64,000 nucleotides of DNA from positions 32,001 to 96,000 of IMG/VR virus record IMGVR_UViG_3300020576_002947. One strand, 5' to 3'. Position numbers and translations under genes: made by a program. The notes beneath the pieces were generated by a model. The model saw only the letters and a list, made by a program, of their open reading frames with translations, ran no database searches and was not told where the DNA came from. Each line of letters begins with the position of its first letter. Within the stretch, counting starts at the first letter, position 1. Below are positions 25,631-36,109 of this stretch, piece after piece. Source of the DNA: a virus. Its lineage: Duplodnaviria > Caudoviricetes.

Positions 25631-28600
25631 ATGCAACAAGCTTTAGATGCTATTTACAAAGATTATCCTTATCAACTAAAACTAGCAGGAGAGTGTAATG
25701 ACGCTAATGGAAACTTTCTAGGACGTTACCTATTCTTTCCAGACTCAAGATACCAAGAACAGTTAGACGAGTTTATGGACTGTTTTATTAAAACAGCTAA
25801 AATACACGACTCTAACGACTATGGTTTCAACCTTACTATAGACCTAGAAACACAAGGTCTATATCCACATTTATCAAAGATCATTCTAATATCTATTTCT
25901 TGGGATGAAGATTCTTCTATAGTATTTGTACCGGAGAACTTTGACTTAACTAAGTTTAAAGAGGTACTAAGGCTTGTCTTAATTGACAATCAGAATCTCA
26001 AATTTGATGTCAAGTTTCTATGGCACCACTATGGTGTTGAACCTAAACCAAGAATTTGTACACAAGAAGCTGCTAAACTAAACTACTGTGGTTATAGTGA
26101 TATGAACAGGTTTAATCTAGCTGACTTGTCTAGACTAATCCAAAGTATACCGATAACTAAAGAAATAAGGAACGATTTCATTACAATGGTTCCTCAAAAG
26201 CTAGAGAATGGTTATACAGCTTGGGTAGGTAAAACACCTGACTTCCCAAGTCTTAATGATGACCATATCGCTTACGCTGCTCGTGATACAATTGTTACTA
26301 AAAGATTAGTCCGTAGTGTTGCAGACCGTCTTGTTACAAATGATTTGTACAAGGTCTGGAACAATCAGGAGAGAAAGTTAATCAATATTCTAGCTCATAC
26401 TGAACTAATAGGTCTTCGACTTAATGAAAAAGAAGTTGAGAGTGCCAAGGCTGTAGCTCAAGAAACAGTTGCAACTAATTACGGTAAGATGATTAGTCTT
26501 TATGATGAGTTTGGTTCTAACGCAACCAAAGAATATGTAATTGCTAAGGGTACGAAGAAGAACCCTGGTAAGTTTAATATTAATTCTACCCAACAGGTGC
26601 AAAGATTCTTAAGAGATTTACATATCATGGTTCGTGGTACTGCCAAAGAGGAAGTTAACAAAGCACTTAATGATCTGGAAGCTGGATCTTCAGGCTACGA
26701 ATTCTTAACAGCACTTAAGAACTATAAGAAAGCTAATGATTTAATTACTAAGTATTTAGACTCCTGGACTATAAGAGTTAAGGAGATGGGTGATAATAGA
26801 ATTCATCCAAGCTATAACTTGATTACACCAGACGCTGGTACTGGACGACTCTGCTTAGATAAAGATAGTCTTATTCTACTAAAGGACAAGCAGACTAAGA
26901 AGATCTCTGAAGCTTTGATTGGGGATGAAGTATACACTCATAAGGGTAGATTTCGACCTATTAGCAGAGTAATCTTCAAGGGCGAAGAGGAGATGTTCAA
27001 AGTAACTTACTATGAAGGACACTTCATTAGTACTGCTGAACATAAGGTATTAACTACAGAAGGATGGAGAAATCTATCAGCCTGTACGAAAGGTACTTTT
27101 GTAATTGGATATACAATAAACAAAGGCTTCTATCAGACTAGGATCAATAAGATTGAGTCTGTTGGAGTTAGAGAAGTTTGGGATATCACTGTTGATGATG
27201 ATCATTCATACTTAGCTTCTACTGAGGGTGGATATGTTGTTCACCATAACTCAGCAGAAGGCTTTAATGTTATGGCTGTTGATAAAAGTTTAAGATCTAT
27301 TGTACAAGCTGATGAAGGTTGTATGATTGCATCTTTAGACTATTCTCAGTTCGAGCTAAGAAGTATTGCTGCTAATGCAAATGAAGAAGGTATGCTTAAA
27401 CTCTTCTTTGAAAGAGCTGCATTGCTAACTGATGTTGAAGAAGTAGCTTTGAAGTATGGTTTTATAGATCCAGACTCTTTTGCAGAAAAGTCAGAAACAC
27501 TAGGACTATCTGCCGGAGAGCTAGAGCTTTGCCATAACTTCTCAAATACTGACGTACACAGATCTAATGCTGCACTAATATTCAAAAAGCCAGTCTTTGA
27601 AGTAACTACCAAAGAAAGGAACATTGCTAAGTGTGTAGCAGGTGACACGTATATTAAGACTCAGAAAGGTCTTGTACAGATTCGTGACCTCTTTCCTAAG
27701 AAGCTTGTTCCAGACACATACTATAAAGCACCTAAAGGCTTGAAGGTAATGGATGATGCTAGTAAGTACCAAGACGTTGCTCAACTTTACTATAATGGTG
27801 AAGGAGATGCTGTTAAGATTACGTTTACTAGTGGAAGAACTATTACAAGTAGTGTAAATCATAGGTTCAGGTACTCACCAAAGAATCTGAGATATGACTG
27901 GATCTATGCATCTGATGTTAGAAAAGGAACTAAGTTGTTTACCAAGACAACTAATGAACCTATAGTTAAAGATCGTTACTATACCTTAGGACTTCTATCA
28001 GGACTGCTAGACTTTGTTGACACAGTAACTAAATACGGCAAGCAAACATATGAAGCAGAGTTCTTCGTAACACCTGGCAAACAGAAGGAAGCTCTCAAAC
28101 TCTTTATGGAGATTGGAATGAAGATGGATATTGAGCCAAGAAAACTTACCTATGTAGGTAAGGAAGCTGCTCAGTTCATTGATATCCAGTTTGAAACTGA
28201 GGAGAATAGAAGAAGCTTTTTAGCTGGTAGCTTTGAAGGTCATAAGTACTTTGCTTTGTCTTCTAGGAATGATTTCATATGTGAAAACTTACGAGACATG
28301 CTATTAGGAAGCTCTTTTGGTTTGGGTATAGGACCTATCAAGACTAGAAACAATACTGCAGAGTTCTCTCATTTTTATAGTAAGTATCTATTTACTAATG
28401 AAATTCCCTCTGATAAAGACTATTGGAGAGCAGCACTTAATGTTCTTGAAGATAGAAAAATCCTTAAAGGAGAGACAATAGATGAGCTTGTAGTAAGTGC
28501 TTCTACTTTGCTAGATAAAGAACAATCTGATTTCTTTATTACAAATGGACTGTATCTTGACACTGTCGAAAGTGTTGAATACTGTACAGTACCTTTGTTT

Positions 28601-29221
28601 GATATCAGTGTTCCTGTAGGTAATACATATATTGCAAATGGTTTAGTTAGTCATAACACGCTAACTTACGCAGTTCTCTACCAAGCTGGAGTTAGGAAAA
28701 TCCAGCAGCAGCTATTTGAAAGAGGTTACTCATTCAGTGTAGCTGAGGTCGCAGGCTTTGTCAAGACTTTCTATGAAGTAAGACCTATGCTTAAACCCTT
28801 TATGGAAAAAACAATAGTTAAGATCAAAGATCCTGGCTACATCGAAACATTCTTAGGACGTAAGAAGTTCTTTAAGTTACCTGAACGATGGAGAAAAGAG
28901 GATTATGAGAAGGCTGTTGCTGATGCACAAAGGGAAGCTATCAATGGTGAACAACAAGTTCCCAATGTAGATGCGATAAAACTGAGTATGGTTAGACTTG
29001 ATGACTATATTCGACAGCATTACTTATCCGATTGGGAGGTAGGTAGATGCATGATTCTAATTCCAGTCCATGATGAAATTGTATCTCAAGCCCCTAAAGA
29101 GTACGTAAGAGAATATGTTAAAGGCAAAAAAGCTATCATGATTCAAGCAGGTTCTGAAGCCGTAGATTTCAGAGTTCCTATTGAAGTCAGTGCGAAAATA
29201 GAACCTTACTGGGCTAAATAA
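25631..29221 (+). CDS. polA: Family A DNA polymerase with 3'-5' exonuclease and two inteins
   Basis: DLET, NLKFD, YAARD exo motifs; TGRL|S, DYSQFELR (motif A), RNIAK|TLTYAVLY (motif B), VHDEI (motif C). Confidence 0.95.
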   Translation: MQQALDAIYKDYPYQLKLAGECNDANGNFLGRYLFFPDSRYQEQLDEFMDCFIKTAKIHDSNDYGFNLTIDLETQGLYPHLSKIILISISWDEDSSIVFVPENFDLTKFKEVLRLVLIDNQNLKFDVKFLWHHYGVEPKPRICTQEAAKLNYCGYSDMNRFNLADLSRLIQSIPITKEIRNDFITMVPQKLENGYTAWVGKTPDFPSLNDDHIAYAARDTIVTKRLVRSVADRLVTNDLYKVWNNQERKLINILAHTELIGLRLNEKEVESAKAVAQETVATNYGKMISLYDEFGSNATKEYVIAKGTKKNPGKFNINSTQQVQRFLRDLHIMVRGTAKEEVNKALNDLEAGSSGYEFLTALKNYKKANDLITKYLDSWTIRVKEMGDNRIHPSYNLITPDAGTGRLCLDKDSLILLKDKQTKKISEALIGDEVYTHKGRFRPISRVIFKGEEEMFKVTYYEGHFISTAEHKVLTTEGWRNLSACTKGTFVIGYTINKGFYQTRINKIESVGVREVWDITVDDDHSYLASTEGGYVVHHNSAEGFNVMAVDKSLRSIVQADEGCMIASLDYSQFELRSIAANANEEGMLKLFFERAALLTDVEEVALKYGFIDPDSFAEKSETLGLSAGELELCHNFSNTDVHRSNAALIFKKPVFEVTTKERNIAKCVAGDTYIKTQKGLVQIRDLFPKKLVPDTYYKAPKGLKVMDDASKYQDVAQLYYNGEGDAVKITFTSGRTITSSVNHRFRYSPKNLRYDWIYASDVRKGTKLFTKTTNEPIVKDRYYTLGLLSGLLDFVDTVTKYGKQTYEAEFFVTPGKQKEALKLFMEIGMKMDIEPRKLTYVGKEAAQFIDIQFETEENRRSFLAGSFEGHKYFALSSRNDFICENLRDMLLGSSFGLGIGPIKTRNNTAEFSHFYSKYLFTNEIPSDKDYWRAALNVLEDRKILKGETIDELVVSASTLLDKEQSDFFITNGLYLDTVESVEYCTVPLFDISVPVGNTYIANGLVSHNTLTYAVLYQAGVRKIQQQLFERGYSFSVAEVAGFVKTFYEVRPMLKPFMEKTIVKIKDPGYIETFLGRKKFFKLPERWRKEDYEKAVADAQREAINGEQQVPNVDAIKLSMVRLDDYIRQHYLSDWEVGRCMILIPVHDEIVSQAPKEYVREYVKGKKAIMIQAGSEAVDFRVPIEVSAKIEPYWAK
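26852..27250 (+). mobile_element. Mini-intein in PolA (133 aa, no endonuclease)
   Basis: CLDKDSLI...STAEHKVLT...VWDITV...HHN followed by Ser. Confidence 0.92.
27632..28657 (+). mobile_element. Intein in PolA motif B (342 aa) with degenerate LAGLIDADG region
   Basis: CVAGDTYI...SSVNHRF...LFDISV...VSHN followed by Thr; remnants TLGLLSG and FLAGSFEG. Confidence 0.9.
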
Positions 29222-29223
29222 TT

Positions 29224-30387
29224 ATGACTATATTTGAAAAAGTGATTAGAGAGGTTAACAAAGAACTTCTCGAAGATAAGAAAAGAACTAGGCCATTAGT
29301 GTTTATGGCAGGAAGTGATATGTCGTCTTTAGAAGGCGAACACATTCCTTGTAACGTTGCTGCAATTAATAGAGACTTGGCTGGCGGATTTAAGTCAGGA
29401 AATCTTCACTTGATTACAGGTAATCCTGGATCAGGTAAAACAGCACTTCTTTCAACTGTAATGCAGGAAGGAAAGAAAAGAGGTTACATTCCGATTTATG
29501 TAAATCTCGAGCCTGGGCTTCCAGAGTCTACTTGGCTTAACATTAATGTTGACAAGGGAGACTTTAATATTATTGCTGGTAACACTAGCGAAGAGATCAC
29601 AGAAGCAGTTATTAAACTACTAACTGCTCTTAGGGATCAAAGTGAAGAGCGTGTCATTATAGCATTTGACTCAATCAATGCTTTCACACCTTCAAACATG
29701 CTGAAGAGACAGGACACAAAAGGCCATGACTCTGCTGGTATGGCTGAACGTGCAAGAGCTGTCTCAATGTTTCTTGAGCGCATTGCTGGAACAAACCTTC
29801 TAGCTAGCCAATCTATGATATTTATAGTTAGCCAAAAAAGGGTTGATATCAACTCGTATGGCGCACCAGAAAAGATCTCTGGTGGTAAGGCTGTAGTATA
29901 TATGCCTAAGACAATTGTTGATCTTAAAGGCAAGCGAGTTATGGTTAAGAAGAAGATTCAAGGTGCAGAAGTTAATTTTCCTGTAGCCCTGGAAGTAACT
30001 TACCTAATCGAAAAGAATACTGCAGGCGGTAGAAAGGACGAAAACGGTAAAGTAGTAGGAAATGTTCCTACTGCTGGACAGTATACTTATACCTACTCAG
30101 TAGACGGACAGCCTGGTCGTATTGATGATACCTTGGTACTATTTGAATTCGCTAAGGCAAGCGGAGTCTTAATGAAGATTAAGAGTAAATTCTGCTTCAA
30201 GTTTGGTGATTTTGATATTACGGAAACTGAGATTACAAAGAAGGAAGACGCCTTAAAGTATCTAGGCGAGAACGAAGTCATTGCTAATAAACTTCGTGAA
30301 CTTCTCCAGAACTCTGGTCCAGCGCCAGAAGAGGAAAATATTAGTGAACCTGATACAGCAGACTCTGTAGAGAATATCAATGAATAA
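29224..30387 (+). CDS. recA: RecA/UvsX-like recombinase
   Basis: GNPGSGKT, YVNLE, FDSI, MAERAR, SQ.R, SGGKAV.Y, KN. Confidence 0.88.
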   Translation: MTIFEKVIREVNKELLEDKKRTRPLVFMAGSDMSSLEGEHIPCNVAAINRDLAGGFKSGNLHLITGNPGSGKTALLSTVMQEGKKRGYIPIYVNLEPGLPESTWLNINVDKGDFNIIAGNTSEEITEAVIKLLTALRDQSEERVIIAFDSINAFTPSNMLKRQDTKGHDSAGMAERARAVSMFLERIAGTNLLASQSMIFIVSQKRVDINSYGAPEKISGGKAVVYMPKTIVDLKGKRVMVKKKIQGAEVNFPVALEVTYLIEKNTAGGRKDENGKVVGNVPTAGQYTYTYSVDGQPGRIDDTLVLFEFAKASGVLMKIKSKFCFKFGDFDITETEITKKEDALKYLGENEVIANKLRELLQNSGPAPEEENISEPDTADSVENINE

Positions 30388-30802
30388 CATTACTGTTAAT
30401 GGACCACTTTTTAAAGAAATTAGAGTCTTCCGTGGTGGGGAAGGCAAGAGCCATCTAGTTATGGGTACGATTAAGTGCCCTGGAAGCTCGAAATACTATA
30501 ACAAGGAAGGTGCTCTAGTAAATGGAGCAAAGTTCTTTGACTTTAAGTATTTTACCAACAATGATAAGATGCTTGAGTGGATGGAGGAAGCCTTCCAGCA
30601 AGACACGGATGTATGTGTCTCTGGCTCTCTTAGAGACGAGCAGTACACGAAAGACGGTGAGACTCGTAATTCCACCTTTGTAATGGTCAATAGCTGGTAC
30701 GCTGGCAAGGGCGGTGGCGCTGGAGCTACTCCAACAGCTAAGCAAAGTCCAAAGACCGCTACTCAAGTTGCTGACCCAGAAGATCCGTTCTTCGACGAGT
30801 AA
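30380..30802 (+). CDS. ssb: Single-stranded DNA-binding protein
   Basis: MNNITVNG, V.VSGSL..EQY.KDG..R, acidic tail EDPFFDE. Confidence 0.88.
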   Translation: MNNITVNGPLFKEIRVFRGGEGKSHLVMGTIKCPGSSKYYNKEGALVNGAKFFDFKYFTNNDKMLEWMEEAFQQDTDVCVSGSLRDEQYTKDGETRNSTFVMVNSWYAGKGGGAGATPTAKQSPKTATQVADPEDPFFDE

Positions 30803-31234
30803 GTGAGCTACTTAGATAGTAGCTATCAAGAAAGATTCGTTATTACCGGGATCAAATATGCGCCTCCCGGTAATATCGTTAAATTTAAGCTTGAAGCATT
30901 AAAACTTTTACAACAGGGTAAATACCCTAATTTAACATTAAAACACGATTTAAAAAATGAACATGACAAATTTGCTATCCATGTATGCTGGGAAGACTGT
31001 GTACTGGGCTTCCTTCCTGCGCGCGGCACTACTTGTACTGATTGTTGGTCTAAAGTTTCTAGAAAGACAATACAGTGTCCGGTATGCGCCTCGCCCGATC
31101 TGGTCCCTTACGGATTAAATTATCGATTTTTTAGCACAGGAGGGCTAAATAACTACATATGTCTTTTAACAGATGTAATTGATGGTAAGGTAAACCCTTA
31201 TCATTGTGAGTTATATTGGTCACCAAACAAATGA
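30803..31234 (+). CDS. HIRAN domain protein with inserted Zn ribbon
   Basis: ITGIKY, L.HD..N.HDKFAI.V, LGFLP then CTDC...CPVC. Confidence 0.8.
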   Translation: MSYLDSSYQERFVITGIKYAPPGNIVKFKLEALKLLQQGKYPNLTLKHDLKNEHDKFAIHVCWEDCVLGFLPARGTTCTDCWSKVSRKTIQCPVCASPDLVPYGLNYRFFSTGGLNNYICLLTDVIDGKVNPYHCELYWSPNK

Positions 31235-31617
31235 ATATAGTAGACCTAACTAGCGTATTAAAACACGCCTTAATCTCCCTAACTAATTATTATAACGAAT
31301 CTGAGCTTGGAAAAGTTCAATTCCATATATATTACTCTGATAACGAGTATTACTTTATTTTTAACGAGTCAGCATATACTAAGGAACAGTGCGATCAGTT
31401 CAGTACTTATCTTAAGCTAACTTTTGATACAATCCTATCAACAAAAGAATTCATAGAACTTGAATGCTCCAAATTTAAAGGACATGATGTACTAGTCGAT
31501 TCAATTACTCTTGAGAGTAACTGGACTGGGCCATTAGCGGAGGGATTAAACTACGAAATTTCATTTGTTGAAAAGCAGCCTCTTGTAGTAGGCTTTGCTG
31601 GAGGTGAAGTTGCTTAA
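31231..31617 (+). CDS. Hypothetical protein
   Basis: ORF in operon. Confidence 0.55.
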   Translation: MNIVDLTSVLKHALISLTNYYNESELGKVQFHIYYSDNEYYFIFNESAYTKEQCDQFSTYLKLTFDTILSTKEFIELECSKFKGHDVLVDSITLESNWTGPLAEGLNYEISFVEKQPLVVGFAGGEVA

Positions 31618-31879
31618 GGACGTATTTGTATCTGTAAAAACAGAACGAACAATAATTGAACAATCTGAGATTGTTATCAAGATTCCTCTAGGTGTTGACC
31701 CTCTTTCCGAAGAGGGTCAAACTCTTATTAACTCAACAGTAGATAAGTTTATGAAGGGAGGCAAGGCCAAGCAATCCTTCAAGATACATGCTGTCAAAGT
31801 ACCTGTTAATACTATTACTGGTATATACCACGACAAAGATCGTAAAATTCCTTTAAAAGCTAATACTAAAACAAAATGA
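31595..31879 (+). CDS. Hypothetical protein
   Basis: ORF in operon, TTG start uncertain. Confidence 0.55.
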   Translation: MLEVKLLKDVFVSVKTERTIIEQSEIVIKIPLGVDPLSEEGQTLINSTVDKFMKGGKAKQSFKIHAVKVPVNTITGIYHDKDRKIPLKANTKTK

Positions 31880-33312
31880 GCACAACCATTTTACCACCAG
31901 AGACAAGAAAAGTAAGTGTTTCTGGAATTCTTACCATGATGAAAAATTGGAATCAACCCAAGAATGGTAAAGAATTTGCATATGATATTGCTGAGTTAAT
32001 AGATAACTCCATTGACGCTAAAGCTACTGAAATTAGAATTGGTCTTCAATCACATAAACTATCCGTTGTTGACAACGGAATGGGTATGACAACTGACCAA
32101 CTAAGTACTGCCCTTGATATTGGATACAGTTCCAAGAAAGACTGTATTGGACGATACGGGGTAGGTATGAAGATTACTTCATTACGAATAGCTGATAACT
32201 ATACTATTCAAACTATAAATGACAACAACCTTTGTTATACTACAGGGATATGTTCATCAGAGATGAGGCCTGAGATCATAACTGGAAATACTTCAAAGGT
32301 TAATGGTACTTCAATTGTTCTTAATTTAAAAAAGAACATGTATAAAAAGAGATGGATGCGAGACGTGTTTGAAACACTATCGTTAATTTATTCTCCCGTA
32401 CTAGCTACAGGAGAAGTAAAGATTCATCTCAATGCAAGAACGTTAGAACCTACAACGTTTCCTGTAGATCCATTCTTTACTGCAAGTTTTAAATCACTTG
32501 TAGTAACTGCATTCGTATCTGATAACTTTGTTAAGTCTGATAGTTATCTGTATCGTGGAACATATGTTTACCTAATCGGTAAGAGATGTTTAACTACTGG
32601 TACTGACTATCTTATTGAAGATCTTACACTTAAGAAGTACAATTATGATGATCTTAGAGTTATGGTAGGGATAATCCCTGGGCCTGAAATTAGTGCTAGT
32701 ACTAACAAGTCTGGTTTCATTATTGAAACAGATCGAGAAGAGTACTCAGAATTCTTAAGCAAGGTCTCAGAAGAGATTACCCAAACCTATATCAAGATTA
32801 AGGAAGAGCGAGAGAAAGAAGTTAAGGATAAGAAGGTTGAGCAAGCCTTGAAACAGATGAGCAAGCTTCTTAGTAAAACTCTTCAAGAACTTAATGAATC
32901 ATTGGAACTCTTTAAGGAAGGTTCTTACTACACTGAACGAGAGGAGAAGGAAGTCAATCCTGAACCTAAGAAACAGGATGCTGAGGATCGTAAGGAAAGA
33001 GAAGACAAGGGCTCAGGCCGAAGTGTCAAGCTTGAACTAGCAAAAGCACCTTTAGGTGAAAACAATAGATGTTTCCAGATCGAAAGAGTTCCAGAAACAA
33101 ACTTGTTTAAAGTTATCTTGAACACTGATCATGCTTACTTCCAAAAGATCATTGAGGATCATGATACAGTAAATATGCCAAACTTTATGATTGGCATGGC
33201 TCCTAATATTCTTACAGAGGTTAGTTTCTATGAAACAGACCATACTGCTGACGAATTCAAGGACCGAACCAGCCATATGCAATCTAAATTGTCAGGCTTG
33301 ATGGAAAAGTAA
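31876..33312 (+). CDS. GHKL (HATPase_c, MORC-like) ATPase
   Basis: IAELIDNSIDA, DNGMGM, GRYGVGMK, GT; C-terminal LN.DH. Confidence 0.88.
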   Translation: MSTTILPPETRKVSVSGILTMMKNWNQPKNGKEFAYDIAELIDNSIDAKATEIRIGLQSHKLSVVDNGMGMTTDQLSTALDIGYSSKKDCIGRYGVGMKITSLRIADNYTIQTINDNNLCYTTGICSSEMRPEIITGNTSKVNGTSIVLNLKKNMYKKRWMRDVFETLSLIYSPVLATGEVKIHLNARTLEPTTFPVDPFFTASFKSLVVTAFVSDNFVKSDSYLYRGTYVYLIGKRCLTTGTDYLIEDLTLKKYNYDDLRVMVGIIPGPEISASTNKSGFIIETDREEYSEFLSKVSEEITQTYIKIKEEREKEVKDKKVEQALKQMSKLLSKTLQELNESLELFKEGSYYTEREEKEVNPEPKKQDAEDRKEREDKGSGRSVKLELAKAPLGENNRCFQIERVPETNLFKVILNTDHAYFQKIIEDHDTVNMPNFMIGMAPNILTEVSFYETDHTADEFKDRTSHMQSKLSGLMEK

Positions 33313-34134
33313 ATGTCAACTCGAGAACTTGTAGTAATTAGTATTCATGGTATAGGCTATAAAGCCAAGCCAGGTTTTTCAAACTATTTAATATCAGGTA
33401 TCAGAAAGTCATTCCCCCACTTAACTTCATACGAGTTATTGTGGGGGACAGAACTAGATTCAGTACAAGACTTGTTCATTCAAGACGTACACAAATCAGG
33501 TACTTACTTTAGGGGTACTAAAGCACTACTAACTCGAGTTATTTCAGATGCTTTAGCTTATCAGCCTTATAGCTGTGAAGGAGAAAACCTAAGCTTTGCT
33601 GGTTTGAGTAACAACTCCATTTATGGATCTATACACCACCAGCTAGCCAAACTGATATATTCAATCAGTTTGATTCATCAGGACTTTGATCTAGTTCTAA
33701 TAGGACATTCATTAGGTACAATTATTGTTAATAACTTTGTCTGGGATTGTCTTCATGAATCTTCTGTAGGATGTTTTGCATTCAAACCATCAGAAGAAGT
33801 AAAGACAGTCATTAAAGATAATCTTACTAACATTATTAATTTAGGTTCTCCTTATAGTTACTGGGGATTACGTCATTATCATAATGACTTTCTTCCTGTT
33901 AACTATGATAGGAAGTTTACTATATCAAACTTCTATTTTCCTTCAGATATTGTAGCAGCTCCGATAAGCCCTCTTCCAAACCATAACCTGGTAAAGGATG
34001 AGGAGCTATATATGAGACATCCGCTTGATCTATTTTATTCATCACACTTAAGATACTTTAAATCCTCTCATTTAGTTGGTAGGATTAGGGAACATCTTAA
34101 TCTGTACGGTCGATCTTGCTATGTACAAACTTGA
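33313..34134 (+). CDS. Alpha/beta hydrolase (lipase/phospholipase-like)
   Basis: IHGIG, GHSLG nucleophile, LGSP, D.VA.P, SH.RYF. Confidence 0.85.
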   Translation: MSTRELVVISIHGIGYKAKPGFSNYLISGIRKSFPHLTSYELLWGTELDSVQDLFIQDVHKSGTYFRGTKALLTRVISDALAYQPYSCEGENLSFAGLSNNSIYGSIHHQLAKLIYSISLIHQDFDLVLIGHSLGTIIVNNFVWDCLHESSVGCFAFKPSEEVKTVIKDNLTNIINLGSPYSYWGLRHYHNDFLPVNYDRKFTISNFYFPSDIVAAPISPLPNHNLVKDEELYMRHPLDLFYSSHLRYFKSSHLVGRIREHLNLYGRSCYVQT

Positions 34135-35200
34135 AGAAATCGAAGAGCTTAGGGATTTAGGACTTTTAACTATTATCCCAAATCCAAATAATAAGTATCT
34201 ATGGCTTTTAAACTATACTGACAAGGCTCAGTTTGAGAAAGCTTGGTACGATTATCCTAACATTGTGAACTTTAGGGGAATGGTTATAGACTGGCGTACG
34301 ATGTCAGTAGTAGCTAGACCATTTCCCAAGTTCTTTAACTATGAGGAGTATCACAAAGATGATATTCCAAACACCAGAGAAATTGAAGTTACAATGAAAG
34401 TAGACGGTAGTCTGCTTATTGTGTTTCAATTTGAAGGAGTATTTATGGCTTGTACTAGAGGATCATGGAGTTCATGGCAATCTTTACAAGGGATAAAGTT
34501 ATTCAATGAAAGACTATCGTATGAGAACTTACCCTCATTCAGACCAGACTGTACTTATTTGTTTGAGTACATAGGACCTGAAAATATGATAGTAGTTAGA
34601 TATGATAAAGAGAATATCATATTCCTAGCTGAGATGTATAATAATTTCGGTTATCAGTCAGCTAAGAAATCAATTGAAGGATTTGACTCTGTAGAAAGAA
34701 TCAATGTATTCGGTGATATGCTTGGTCAAAGTCTGTATAGAAAACTAAAAGATCAGAACCTCAGAAATGAGGAAGGTTTTGTAGTTAGAGATATTGATAC
34801 TGACTGGCGTTGTAAGATTAAGTTTGAGGACTATATCTTCTACCATAAAACTGTTTCAGGTCTTAACCGTAAACGAGTATGGGAAGCCTTGTGTACTAAT
34901 AAAATGATTGATCTCATTAAGGCAATACCTGATGAGCTATATCCAATAGTACATCAATGGGAAGAAGAACTTCTTAAAGCTTTTGATGAGAAAGCAACAT
35001 TAGTAGAAGAGGCTTGGAATAACTCTAAGCACTTAGAAGATCAAAAGGAGTTTGCATTGTTCATACTTGAACACTATAAACCTCTTTCCTCTATGCTATT
35101 TGCTAAGAAATCTGGAAGAGACTACTCAGAGATTATCTGGGACGGTCTTAAACCAGTCTTCATTGACCCTCAAACAGAGATTAACAATGCAAAGTCCTGA
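34121..35200 (+). CDS. RNA ligase 1 (T4 Rnl1-like)
   Basis: LNY, RG, ARPFPKFFN, KVDGS adenylation motif, TRGS, FE, EGFV, KIK. Confidence 0.92.
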   Translation: MYKLEEIEELRDLGLLTIIPNPNNKYLWLLNYTDKAQFEKAWYDYPNIVNFRGMVIDWRTMSVVARPFPKFFNYEEYHKDDIPNTREIEVTMKVDGSLLIVFQFEGVFMACTRGSWSSWQSLQGIKLFNERLSYENLPSFRPDCTYLFEYIGPENMIVVRYDKENIIFLAEMYNNFGYQSAKKSIEGFDSVERINVFGDMLGQSLYRKLKDQNLRNEEGFVVRDIDTDWRCKIKFEDYIFYHKTVSGLNRKRVWEALCTNKMIDLIKAIPDELYPIVHQWEEELLKAFDEKATLVEEAWNNSKHLEDQKEFALFILEHYKPLSSMLFAKKSGRDYSEIIWDGLKPVFIDPQTEINNAKS

Positions 35201-35483
35201 TATCAATTTAAATTATAGTCTTTCTTATAAGTCTTTAGAGTTTTCCTATGTTAACTCTTCTCCTTGGAGTAGTTTCTACTTCGATAAAAGCTCTTATAAC
35301 CTATCATATACTGTTACTAAGGAGAACAACAAGTTTGCACTTCTTATTAACGATACTCCTAAAACTGGTTACTTGTTAAGTTTCAAGTGGTCATCTAACT
35401 ATAGATATGGTTCTTATAGTGTTGACTATCTACAAAAAGGCGATAAACCTTTATTGAACCTTACTATTAACCATAAGTTCTAA
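35187..35483 (+). CDS. Hypothetical beta-rich protein
   Basis: ATG 35187; alternating aromatic pattern, ends in F. Confidence 0.5.
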   Translation: MQSPDINLNYSLSYKSLEFSYVNSSPWSSFYFDKSSYNLSYTVTKENNKFALLINDTPKTGYLLSFKWSSNYRYGSYSVDYLQKGDKPLLNLTINHKF

Positions 35484-35487
35484 TACT

Positions 35488-35808
35488 TTGCAAAAGGAAA
35501 AGATGAAAAAACTCCCGAACCCTTATGATGATGCATTTAACAATATCTCAGATATTATTCAAACTAGGGCCATCAAAGAGTCCCAGGGTGATTATCTGAA
35601 GCTAATTGACCTTGACCAAAAGAGGTACACTATGTTTGACTTTTTAAGTTTGATTTCTAAGAGTCTTTGGGGTTGGAAGGGTGATGGCGAGCCTATTACC
35701 AAAGCAACCATTGATCCTTTCAAGTTGTGCTTAACTAGAGTTGCTGCTTATGCTATTTGTGGTATTGTCTGGTGCGAAGAGAAATCTAAGCGCAGCATTG
35801 AACACTAA
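35488..35808 (+). CDS. Hypothetical protein
   Basis: ORF in operon; C-terminal L.RVAAYAI. Confidence 0.55.
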   Translation: MQKEKMKKLPNPYDDAFNNISDIIQTRAIKESQGDYLKLIDLDQKRYTMFDFLSLISKSLWGWKGDGEPITKATIDPFKLCLTRVAAYAICGIVWCEEKSKRSIEH

Positions 35809-35821
35809 AATTTGAATAACC

Positions 35822-36109
35822 GTGAATGACTTGAAGAACCTCGAAGAGTCCGTACAAGACATTATCATTACCTTTATTCAAAAACAAAAAAATAAATTCT
35901 CTGTGGATAGAGAGTATAGCGTGATACGAGAGACTTGGTCCGGGGCTTCAAAAGACTTGGATCAGGTTTCAGAAAAACTTTTAGGAGAGAAGAGTTCAGA
36001 GTACCATGTTTACTTATACCCAAATACTTTAGTAGTTATTCCACGAGAGTCGAGTAAGTCCCTTGTCTACAATCGTTTGACAAAGCAGTATAAGACAGTC
36101 AGGATGTAA
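35822..36109 (+). CDS. Hypothetical protein
   Basis: ORF in operon. Confidence 0.55.
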   Translation: MNDLKNLEESVQDIIITFIQKQKNKFSVDREYSVIRETWSGASKDLDQVSEKLLGEKSSEYHVYLYPNTLVVIPRESSKSLVYNRLTKQYKTVRM

